Of a DNA stretch of 46,684 nt, positions 25,301 to 34,609 are shown piece by piece. Position numbers and translations under genes: made by a program. The notes beneath the pieces were generated by a model. It was not told the DNA's origin, did no database searches, and worked only from the letters and a program-made list of their open reading frames with translations. The stretch's first letter is position 1. Each line of letters begins with the position of its first letter. Source of the DNA: Oopsacas minuta (Eukaryota; Animalia; Porifera). The stretch is from assembly GCA_024704765.1 (NCBI GenBank), contig JAKMXF010000354.1, forward strand, positions 1 through 46,684. The letters run 5' to 3'.

Positions 25301-25594
25301 GATATGAAGGCTCTCCAGCTGGAAGAAGAGAAAAAATCTACATGTATAGAATCTTCTACCATTTCTGATGGAGACGAACAAACTGTTTCAGAGCTACCTG
25401 AGGAACAGTATTCTCCTCCTAAAATATTCCAAAACCATTATCAGATGTCCCTGACACCCGTCACCCCTGGAACTATCCTAGACTCTCCTTATCAGGAGGA
25501 ACACCGACTTCCTTATGATCCAATGTTTGCTAATACATCAGAATGGTCCATTTCCACTACTGAGACAGATCCCAGATGTCAGACATTTGTCTGA
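9335..25594 (+). CDS. Ig-superfamily cell adhesion receptor: 6 Ig + 5 FN3 + TM + cytoplasmic tail ending ...CQTFV. Exons 9335-9577, 9648-9938, 9994-10093, 10839-11017, 11071-11334, 14846-15002, 15156-15286, 15423-15559, 15691-15862, 16238-16353, 16411-16576, 16656-16726, 17295-17532, 23277-23392, 23710-23926, 24228-25594 (5' end unresolved)
   Basis: Sixteen GT-AG-bounded exons join in frame with consistent phases (about 1320 codons). Six Ig domains have C...W...(D)xGxYxC motifs. Five FN3 domains have W and L.PYT.Y-type motifs. TM segment IVIGVAVLLLILSVIAATGCICILYI is followed by RRKSR. Confidence 0.85.
10185..10217 (+). repeat. (GGGTATA)n short tandem repeat with five G-tracts
   Basis: GGGGGTATAGGGTATAGGGTATAGGGTATAGGG read directly in IgCAM intron 3. 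Confidence 0.8.
11368..12281. mobile_element. Tc1/mariner-superfamily non-autonomous foldback element (914 bp) with about 334-bp identical TIRs
   Basis: Begins TA|CAGTCAGGGGACAAAAGTATTCGAACAC and ends in the exact reverse complement followed by TA. The arms read identical from 11368 to about 11701, then continue imperfectly. No ORF inside. Confidence 0.9.
12874..14211. mobile_element. Degenerate, rearranged mariner (DD34D-type) transposon
   Basis: TIR pair ggggg-tactaggaaagt(tt/ct)(c/t)gtcgttagata at 12874-12908 and 14181-14211. Minus strand 13550->13030 encodes RKLCCRW.SHKL (WVPHEL-like), DIVTGDEPWIYHYD, WRHDNAPAH and PPYSPDLASCDF with frameshifts. Plus strand about 13680-13770 encodes QRWYREFKMGRTSFEDEPRSGRP. 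Confidence 0.85.
13906..14076. mobile_element. pogo/Tigger-like MITE nested in the mariner relic
   Basis: TA|CATTAGAACTCGGATATAA ... TTATATCCGAGTTCTATTG|TA, with a TA target duplication. Confidence 0.75.
14215..14803. mobile_element. hAT-type MITE inserted at the tip of the mariner TIR
   Basis: Perfect 15-bp TIRs CAGTGGCGTCGTGCT / AGCACGACGCCACTG and a perfect 8-bp TSD CCCCCTAT (14207-14214, 14804-14811). Confidence 0.9.
16871..17286. mobile_element. hAT-type MITE carrying an internal tandem array, in IgCAM intron 12
   Basis: TIR core CAAGGTTG / CAACCTTG and a perfect 8-bp TSD GTCTTTAG (16863-16870, 17287-17294). Confidence 0.85.
16909..17205. repeat. 32-bp minisatellite, about 9 copies (tatttggttaccaaatgaatatcc(g/a)(t/c)attcgg)
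   Basis: Direct head-to-tail copies with no spacers. Each unit contains two small inverted repeats. Confidence 0.9.
20306..20992 (-). CDS. ERCC1: DNA excision repair protein ERCC1 (Rad10), intronless, nested antisense in IgCAM intron 13
   Basis: [51 protein letters not shown].YEHKP and a C-terminal HhH2 ([12 protein letters not shown]...CPGLGPTKA). Confidence 0.95.
   Translation of the reverse strand: [228 protein letters not shown]
21654..22350 (-). pseudogene. Decayed multi-pass (7TM, Frizzled/secretin-like) receptor fragment, about TM3-TM7 and helix 8
   Basis: Successive hydrophobic helices (VISVLLIIAFPF; LVLFLISTSVPLLILII; PLICTP..IMFVFPLSLTVGLSLTSVLLII; RTLGVIIYFTAIALFLIM; Cys-rich loop; FLLFIMGSVAL*TLAVKEARKLW), broken by in-frame stops and a frameshift. 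Family assignment is by eye only. Confidence 0.5.
22358..22385 (+). repeat. (AG)n microsatellite
   Basis: About 13-14 AG units read directly, at the 5' edge of the decayed 7TM fragment. Confidence 0.9.
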
Positions 25595-25616
25595 TATGTT
25601 AAGTGGATATATTAAT

Positions 25617-25622
25617 AATAAA
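25617..25622 (+). promoter_or_regulatory. Candidate polyadenylation signal AATAAA for the IgCAM
   Basis: AATAAA 23 nt after the stop, followed by T/GT-rich sequence. Confidence 0.35.
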
Positions 25623-27417
25623 TAGTTTTTTGTGTTATTTTTATTTATTAATATAAACTCCTACTTTTGATAAATTGTGTATATTATTTATACGTGGTTA
25701 CTGGTTAGGAGTCTTAAATAATGTTTTAGTGGTAATTATAAATAACTGAGCTGAGCTGTGTTGTGTTGTGTTGAACTGTTCGTCGACTAACAAACACAAC
25801 ACAGAATTAGTAACTAATTCGCGAAAGAATTATGGTAATAGAGTATTTCCTGGAAAGAGCAATTTTTACCGAATTAATATCATAGCATTGTTAGCATTTA
25901 ATCTTTGGGATTGCTAGCAACGCCAATAATACATAGATACCTAGCATCACCTGTAATCCTGGGGTAGCTACAAGGGGTACTGACAATTGGCCTGAAGTTG
26001 CTAGGAACTCCTAGCAACCCAGCAGCTAGACTATGATTTATATACATTTTAGACCACCACCTGAATCGGGGGTGAAAATGTTTTCCTTCTCCAATACCAA
26101 TTAAATTTAACCTCTATACTGGATGCATGTAGACATGTGGTGAATCCAGAAATTTTGGATGGAAATAACCCAGCTAGGCCGCTATAACGCACATATTTTA
26201 ACTCATAGGTCTCCGTAATTAATAGAGATTGAGTGTTCCTCAGACTTAGCCAAATGTATAGTTTACGCTCGATAAGAAAAATGATATAAATTGAATGAGG
26301 TATAAACGGACCCCACAGGTCATTTAAATCATTTTTGTAACAATTGACTACCATATATAAATCACACAAAGCTTATACATAATGAGGACAGCAACACACA
26401 AACCTTAAGTAGACACGTAATTGTTAATACCTAATATCGTAAACACAGAATAAAAGTGGCTTTCTTATAATCTTATGTTCGACTTTAATGGCATAATGAA
26501 AAGTCGTAATTTACTTTCTCAATATTAATATTCTATCACTTTATATATTCAGGTAGATTTTATCAATTAAAGATAAAATGATGATACTTTGAGGATCTTG
26601 TACTGGATTGTCCGTATCCCAAGAACTACTTGCTAGATTTGAAGATTGGTTTCTAATTTTCTATATTTTAGAGCTAGAGATTAGGAACAACTCGCTTACA
26701 TATTTCCAAGTTTCAACAGCTTGACTTAATCTAACCATACATGTTAGTAAAACTTTTGACTTTTAAATAGTTCTCTAATTACATGTAGATTTAATTAAAA
26801 TTCGTCCTAGCTTTAAGCATTATTAACGTGTTTCATCCTACTTAATTTCTAGCTATCCATCTAGTGAACACAGAACTAGAATTGAAACGTTCTAAAAGAA
26901 CCGATAATGTATTCACTGATTACGGCCGTATCCTGTCTAATAATATAATTTCATTAATATTTTAGTATTACAAAACTAATTATTGTAACATTATATCGGT
27001 GTTAGCTAATTTGTGGAGACTTCAGATATAATGTATTCAGCGTCGTTCATATTGACTCACAATTCCAAAGATAATAAAGAATGATTTAAGATACATGTAT
27101 ATACTTTTCAATATACGTATTTACTGCACCGAATTTATAATTAATTTCAAAAATTTTGTAATTTGCCTACAGCATTATTTTATTTTTCATTATCTAGCCA
27201 AGGAATCATATTCACTAAATAATCGCTACATCTGATTGTCTGTACACGATTTAATATTGCCTATTTTGCTAGTATTTCAGGTATTTAGTAGTGATGTGGC
27301 CTATCAAAGAGCAGGTAATCACATCCTTGGTTGGTACTACTTAACATGAGATATATAAGTAAACGGTTCACTGCAGCTGGAATTTATCAACTTTTTACAT
27401 TCTCAATCGTTATCAAA

Positions 27418-30400
27418 ATGCAGATGCAAATTGTTTTATTATTTATCTTGTATTGCTCAGCAAGAGCATGTCAGTTGAATATTGAACCGAATTCTCTGAG
27501 AACAACTTCAACTTCTAAAGGTCAATTCTCAGGCTTCTGTTCATGTATTGGAGCTGCAGAGGACAGCTACCAGTTCACCTGGTACAGACACGGACATTTG
27601 TTGGTGAACACAGACCGTGTACGGTTGGAGCTAAATAGATCTAATAGAATATTATTCCAGAGAATTCTGGTAGAAGATGAAGGAGAGTATGTGTGCGTTG
27701 CTACAGCCCGTGACAGCTCAATTTCTATAAATACCACCCTCTTTGTATACGGTGAGTTTATTGCATAAATGTATTATAGTTGTGGTTGGCGTAAGGCCAA
27801 TAATACGGAGTAAGACACATAGAACCTCGTGAAAACCAGAGGATCGTCGCTCGTCCAAATTCGTACTCCTCATATGGAGTTGTGTGTTTGCTGGGTTTAT
27901 ACAAATATTTTTCTTAAAACTTGGTCAACAGACCGATACTGCATCCTTGATTAGTAAGCAGAATTTAAGAAAGATCGGTAACTTTTGAATTAATTGACTC
28001 CAAAGGATATTTTGTTGGTTAGAATAATAAAGTTGTTTCAAAAAGCAAGACAAAATGATTAAATCATTTGCTAGTAGGATGAACTTGTTCAAGTAATCAG
28101 TTTGCGATTAACCTTCAAAAGACTTTATTATTCGAATAATCACAATTAAATTGGTGTAATCCAATATTTATTAAATCAACTAATAGTTTCGGTCTGAATT
28201 CTAATAATTTTGTTTATACCTATTTCCCACTGATATCTCAAATTCGCAATATTACGAATTACGCCCTAAGTTATTAATTAGATTCGATATTACCAGCTGA
28301 ATATTAGTTTATAATGTAATTAGCCAAAACATATTCAATAATCCATAAGGGTTTAGGACTACTGGCATATTAAGTTTGAATATTTATAACATTCGTAGAA
28401 ACTCTCTAGGACTGAACACGTGTCCTGAATTTGAACTCTGAAATAACTTATCTAAATACAAATAATGCTCTGAATAAATGTAGCGTGTAGAAACTAATTG
28501 AAAAATTCAGAAATGATAAATTCCATACACAATTATATTTTCTACAAAGCACTTGATAATTTCTGAACTAATAACTATGCTAATTCATTTGGTTATACAG
28601 AAACCTTCAGGATGGACTGGTAGCTGGCGTACTAAATCGATACATTATTCAATTAGTATACTTATGTGTGTATTGAAAATAGTTTGAATAAATTATATGC
28701 GGCTTGATGAATTGAATAATTCCCCAATTAAACTATTTTTGTCAAGTTCAGTGGAAAACTTAAATTAAAAATACATTTTTCGGATTATCATAATGAATTA
28801 AAATCAAAATCTAAACTCACTTTTGCGCCATGACATCCTACTTGATGAGGGACCAGGTTGCCACAATGAAGAGGCTGCAAATTGAAATAATGGCAGCCAT
28901 CTTCCATCTCCTGGCTACCTGGACTTCAATAAGTCGGAGTACTTATTCCTCCACCACCTAACCCAATGTTAATATAAGACGATGTCAACTAAATGATTGT
29001 GATAAACATTCATTTAATATCGATCAAGTGATTAAACTTACCAGCCATTTCAGAGATAATATCTCGGGAGATCTCGATATCTTCCTCCAGCTCCCTCCTC
29101 TCTTCCCCTTCTAGAGACATTAATAATCTTTGGAAAAGATATGTATAAATTTTTAAGATCATTATTGCGATATTCAATATCATACGAACATATAGATAAT
29201 AGAGTCAAATATTTCAGAGATATAGATACTTGTGGTGTTATATTTACGTAGAACAATAGATTGCCTGTAGGTTACCAGCGTTTCGTATGACAGATAATTT
29301 ATAATAGCTAGAAATCTGCGCTGCAGTTGCTTCACTAATGGTCTGAATTGATTGTGAAGGGCCGTATTGCCATTGTCCTCTGTTTTTGGAATCTTTGCGA
29401 AGTTTACCACGGAAAATTGGGTCGAGTTGTTTGTAATCTGTGCTTTGCTTTTGTTTACAGTTTCCAAAACTACCCTCTGGATTTCTTTTTCAGATCGATG
29501 TGGTTTTAGTGCCTTTTCTTGTGCATTACACCAGATTTATTTTCAACCTTTTTGCAATATGTGCAATACATTCGAAACGTTCAATTTCCTGTAATCCAGG
29601 TACTGGTAGACATTAGCCTTTCTAAGAACTTCATGTGTCTATTGAATGATATGTTGTCATCCTCTCAAACCCAATCCCAATTAGTCGGCCTGCTAGTATT
29701 ATTCGATACATAAGTGATTTCCTTTTGGTTATAGCTCTGCATCCTATTGGTATTGTTCCCTTGAACTTCCCACGTACGCTCCAATAATTATTTTTGAAAT
29801 AATAATTATTGCACAGCATTTGTAGATAAATCACACAGCCAGCTTTTGATCCAGAATCTGTAGCCATAATTGTCCCTCGATATCGAGTACGGCAGTATTA
29901 GATTGAAAAACTTCCTTGTTCAGAATTATGTTGTCAGCATCAACGTCTTGGTATTTATGGGATGTAGCAGAATATGTGTGATTACTGGAACCAGCGATTG
30001 ATAGTTCCTGATATGAACTTCATTGAACTGCTAGCTCTTTCCTCTGAGGTGAAAAATGTTGCATATTGATTGGAATAAGTTATACTGGCGGTAGGAGAGG
30101 GTCCAACAGGTGATGGAGTTTGTGAACTACTTGGCATGTTTACAAGAACAGGTGAATATGCTGCTTAATGATGACTTCCAAAATTTGTTATTCAAAATGC
30201 TGATTTATCATCCGTAAATTCTATTGTTCTATAATTATTACTACAAACCAGAATAAAATTAATTTTCTCGATTATTGATTTAATTTAACCAATTCTTAAC
30301 AGACTTTATTATATTATCTATGTAGTTGCTCCAGTGCTTGAGGATAATAAATCTAAGGAGCTATCAATTGGAGTAGGATCTACTTTGGAGCTTCCTTGTC

Positions 30401-33252
30401 CAATAAAATTTCTTGATCTACACTCAATTCTAACCATAACCTGGGTACTCTCCTCTAACAATCGACTCTCTTCAGAGAATCCACAGGGTGGAAGGTTTAC
30501 GTTTGTTACGGAGACTAAAGGACTGCTGCTTAGAGATGCTCACATAGCAGACGCAGGAGAATACATTTGCTACGCTTCTAACGAAGCAGATGCAGTCACG
30601 TTCTCATGGGACATCAGTGTAATAGGTAAGTATATTATTAATACACTTGTGCTATACATGTTAACCATGAGGATAGAGGATGGATTTTGTAATATTTCGG
30701 GGAGGAAATTGAAGTAGCAATTTACATTACTCTGGAATACCAATAGGTACAATTCCACTTCATGGCACGATTCGGTGGAACATTACACTTAGTGTTAGAA
30801 TAATTGGAACAGTTTGCAGTTATAATATCCTATCCACCTTATATCCCATTAATTATACTATGTATACTAAATGATGATTAGAAACACCAGAATGCTAAGA
30901 AGTATACATTTAAATAAGTATATTAGTATATACGAATATTACTGAAGCAATCCTATACAATTACATGATATCTGGATATCTGTCGTGGGGTTGAGGAATG
31001 CTTTGCAATGTAATTCAGAATAAATTTGTTTGTTATATATACAACTACGTATGTGAAATTTGTAATTATCCTCCCTCAATCAATCCACTAATTACAAACT
31101 TTTTACAAAAATAACAAAATAAAAATCATTACCAATCATAACTACCCCGGGCCTCCGACATATATAATACATTATTTGTACCGACTCACTTACTACCGAG
31201 CCCCTCTCTTATGAATGACGTATTCCTCTATTAGCTAGCGAGGAGTGTATGTATGTGATATCTCTACCATGCTAACATATATTGATAGAGAGTAATACAT
31301 GTCGGGTACTTAGACATTAGGAACTTTTCGTGCTAACCTTAATCTAATATTATCCTACAGAGACTAGAATATCAGCCTCTAGTTATACTTACCACATACA
31401 TCAAGCCAATAAAATGTAGATATATTAGATGAAAGCATTTATATGTTGTAATAATTACATGTACACGTACATTATTCTCGAATTAATATATGAATATTTA
31501 TAGATTTCATTGGAGAAACAGAGCTAACCACTCAACTACCTTCAGCAACTTCAGATAATGGTGAGTATTATAACTTTTGTACTGTTAGACAGGGCGGCAG
31601 TTACGACGAGCACACCACAACCTTCCTAACGATTAGCTTTCTAATCTCGGGGCTTTGTCAGAATAGCTGAAATGCGAAAACATAAATTATTTCTTATTCT
31701 AATAATATTTAAAGTATGTATAGACATAGTTGGATGTGGTATAGAGTTGTAGATAAGTAGACCGTTACTTGTATTACTCTTTTATGGGAATATTGAAATG
31801 ACTATGGATACTTACAATACTGAAAATCATTATCCTTGGTCAGATGAAAGTTGTTAAATTGTGGGCTGGTTCCGTCCAACAGCCCAGAGGTTCTGTGTTT
31901 GTTCTAGCTAATATAAATGTAGAGCGAAGTAAACGATGAGACGGTAGATATGATTAGACTAATTCATTTATTCCGATTGAAAATACTACCAACTAATATT
32001 TATAATTCTCTTCCTTCATCTAACTTTACGTTACACATGCGTGTTAATAATAGCACATACATAATTAGAAATTATTAGATTAATTCATTAATTACAAATA
32101 TCCAACACGATCTCTAGGAATTAGTCTTAAGTTACTCCCATATTTGAGGAATACCATCCCAGCCTCCTGGATAGGATTTATCCCTATCCCGTCCTCTGTA
32201 ATAATAGCACTGGTCTCTGCATTAACTCTAAACTGCTCAGCTGAGAATCTGACTACTGCTGAGAATGGAGTAGTTTCAGGTACCTTCAGCATTTTAAACG
32301 GTAGCTTAGGATCAGATGTAAGGGTTATTTTGAATGTACACGTCTTGATATCTTTCTTGCTTGTTCCAGCTTCAGACATCTTATGCTATACTAGCTAACG
32401 GAATGAGTTATAATCTAATAATATGTGATAAATTCCGTACTTGTTGTATGATGTAATTCTTAGATAATAATATAATCGTAAGTTCTATTCTTAGAACCTC
32501 TGTCTACTTCTGACAGCCCTGACACAACTACCTTACGCACAACAAAGGACACATCTACTGCAGCTTCACTACTCTCCAGTCCCCTATACATAACCTTGAT
32601 AATATTAGCATTTATAATCACCTGTACTCTAATACTAATCACAGTAATTATCAGCATTACTTGTGTGTGTGCAGTATGCTACCATTCTAAGATGATAGTA
32701 ACTGATGAAAAATTAGCTAGTTGTACACACAAAACTCCTCCCAACTCTGTGTATCCAACACGAATGAGTGATTACATTCAGAAGACCGGTTACTCACACA
32801 CCGGGCCCTCCCCTGCAATCTCTCTCCAATCCCTGGGCTCACAAATTCATCACAGCACCAGACGAATAATAGCACCACCTCCTTGCTGTGTTACAGACAC
32901 TACCAGCTTAGATAGCCCCATGGGACAATCTCAAAACTACCTTACTGCACCTAATAATTTCAAACCTCTTCCTTATCACATGCGTTATCCCTCTGACCAA
33001 GGAGAATACAACTTTGTTTCTTCCCAAGGTGAGCTAGTTTGTCCAAGATGTTGTCCTAGCGTTACAATGTCAGAACCCAGGATGACGTATGCTAACTCCC
33101 CTAGACTCACTCCCAAGTTACAACCCAAGAAGCATAGTCTGCCTGATAGGATAGAAGATTCTCATCCACACCCACTCACACAAACCAAGTCAAGAAACTC
33201 TCCCTATTCTCATTTGTCAGGAAGTACTGTGGTGCATGAAATAGATGTGTAG
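27418..33252 (+). CDS. Second Ig-superfamily type I membrane protein: signal peptide + 2 Ig + Ser/Thr stalk + TM + Pro/Ser-rich tail ending ...HEIDV. Exons 27418-27751, 30326-30625, 31504-31560, 32495-33252
   Basis: [17 protein letters not shown] signal peptide. Ig1 has C..W...EDEGEYVC and Ig2 has C..W...ADAGEYIC. All introns are phase-1 GT-AG and join in frame. TM segment [33 protein letters not shown]. Confidence 0.8.
28830..30150 (-). pseudogene. Possible decayed WWE-repeat (PARP12/14- or Deltex-like) gene in intron 1 of the second IgSF gene
   Basis: Frameshifted coding-like pieces include NWDWV*EDDNISF and [23 protein letters not shown] (WWE-start-like), followed by donor GTAAG and a small exon-like [21 protein letters not shown]. 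Weak, by-eye similarity. Confidence 0.3.
32092..32379 (-). CDS. UFM1: Ubiquitin-fold modifier 1, intronless, nested antisense in intron 3 of the second IgSF gene
   Basis: [36 protein letters not shown]...[34 protein letters not shown], with a short C-terminal extension (YL) after the Gly. Confidence 0.97.
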   Translation of the reverse strand: MSEAGTSKKDIKTCTFKITLTSDPKLPFKMLKVPETTPFSAVVRFSAEQFRVNAETSAIITEDGIGINPIQEAGMVFLKYGSNLRLIPRDRVGYL

Positions 33253-33629
33253 CAAGGATTACTACCAATCAAACATCTGTCACTTATTAACATGTAAAGA
33301 TTTCATTCATACTGTCCGCTACACTCAACTCATAAGACAGATTTATAATTTAATGATTTTCAGGATTTTCATTGTGTCTATTATGTACATATTTTATATT
33401 AAACTTTTTGAATACAAACTATAGGAAATAAGCTATAACCGTGGTTGTAGGACACAATTAGTGATCTTATAAGCGTTTCACATACTTTTCTACACGGGGC
33501 TCATAAGATTTGTAAACATAATTTTCTATGTCCACAAAACAATAATTACCACATTGATTTATCATTTAAAGATAAGCTTAAAGCTAAAGATGTAAAGATA
33601 TGATAAATCATGTAGATTATTTCCAAATA

Positions 33630-33744
33630 CAGCAAAACCTCTATAAGTTCGGGACGGCGAATTTTCTGATATCCCCTCCCCATTTAGAATTTAAACTGCA
33701 AATGCCCTTCAACCAGAGTGTTTGTTACTAATCGAGTTCTACTG
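33630..33744. mobile_element. Short pogo/Tigger-like MITE
   Basis: TA|CAGCAAAACCTCTATAAGT ... ACTAATCGAGTTCTACTG|TA, with imperfect TIRs and TA flanks. Confidence 0.5.
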
Positions 33745-33819
33745 TATCATTGAATATACCCTCGTTGTAACTTCCTACAACGAGGGTATATTCAATGATA
33801 CAGTAGAACTCGATTAGTA
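33726..33819. repeat. Perfect 44-bp inverted repeat with a 6-nt loop
   Basis: TACTAATCGAGTTCTACTGTATCATTGAATATACCCTCGTTGTA - acttcc - exact reverse complement. Confidence 0.95.
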
Positions 33820-34609
33820 TGTAGTCGGCTTAAGACCTACTCTCGGTTAGCATGTACTCGGCTTAAGACCTACTCTCGGTTTGTATGCACTCGGCTTAAG
33901 ACCTACTCTCGGTTGTATGTACTCGGTTTAAGACTTACTCTCGGTTAGTATGTACTCGGCTTAAGACCTACTCTCGGTTGTATGTACTCGGTTTAAGACT
34001 TACTCTCGGTTAGTATGTACTCGGCTTAAGACCTACTCTCGGTTGTATGTACTCGGCTTAAGACTTACTCTCGGTTAGTATGTACTCGGCTTAAGACCTA
34101 CTCTCGGTTTGTATGTACTCGGCTTAAGACTTACTCTCGGTAGTATGTACTCGGCTTAAGACCTACTCTCGGTTGTATGTACTCGGCTTAAGAACTACTC
34201 TCGGTTTGTATGTACTGGGCTTAAGACCTACTCTCGGTTAGTATGTACTCGGCTTAAGACTTACTCTCGGTTAGTATGTACTCGGCTTAAGACCTACTCT
34301 AGGTTTGTATGTACTCGGTTTAAGATCTACTCTCGGTTTGTATGTACTCGGCTTAAGACCTACTCTCGGTTTGTATGTACTCGGCTTAAGATCTACTCTC
34401 GGTAGTATGTACTCGGCTTAAGATCTACTCTCGGTAGTATGTACTCGGCTTAAGATCTACTCTCGGTAGTATGTACTCGGCTTAAGACCTACTCTCGGTT
34501 TGTATGTACTCGGCTTAAGACCTACTCTCGGTTTGTATGTACTCGGCTTAAGACCTACTCTCGGTTTGTATGTACTCGGCTTAAGACCTACTCTCGGTTT
34601 GTATGTACT
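33817..34609. repeat. Satellite/minisatellite of about 24 copies of a 32-33 bp unit (gtatgtactcggcttaagacctactctcggtt[a/t/-])
   Basis: Highly homogeneous head-to-tail copies with a few variant positions and no unique spacers. Confidence 0.95.

Noticed and set aside
29180-29467. NGNTALH as an ankyrin repeat
   Set aside because: This is a single short match without the following helix pattern. The overlapping frame fits a WWE-like reading better.
33817-34609. 32-33 bp repeats as a CRISPR array; ORF 34500-34694 (YVLGLRPTLGL repeats)
   Set aside because: The units are contiguous with no unique spacers, there are no cas genes and the context is eukaryotic. The ORF is just the 33-bp unit read in frame.
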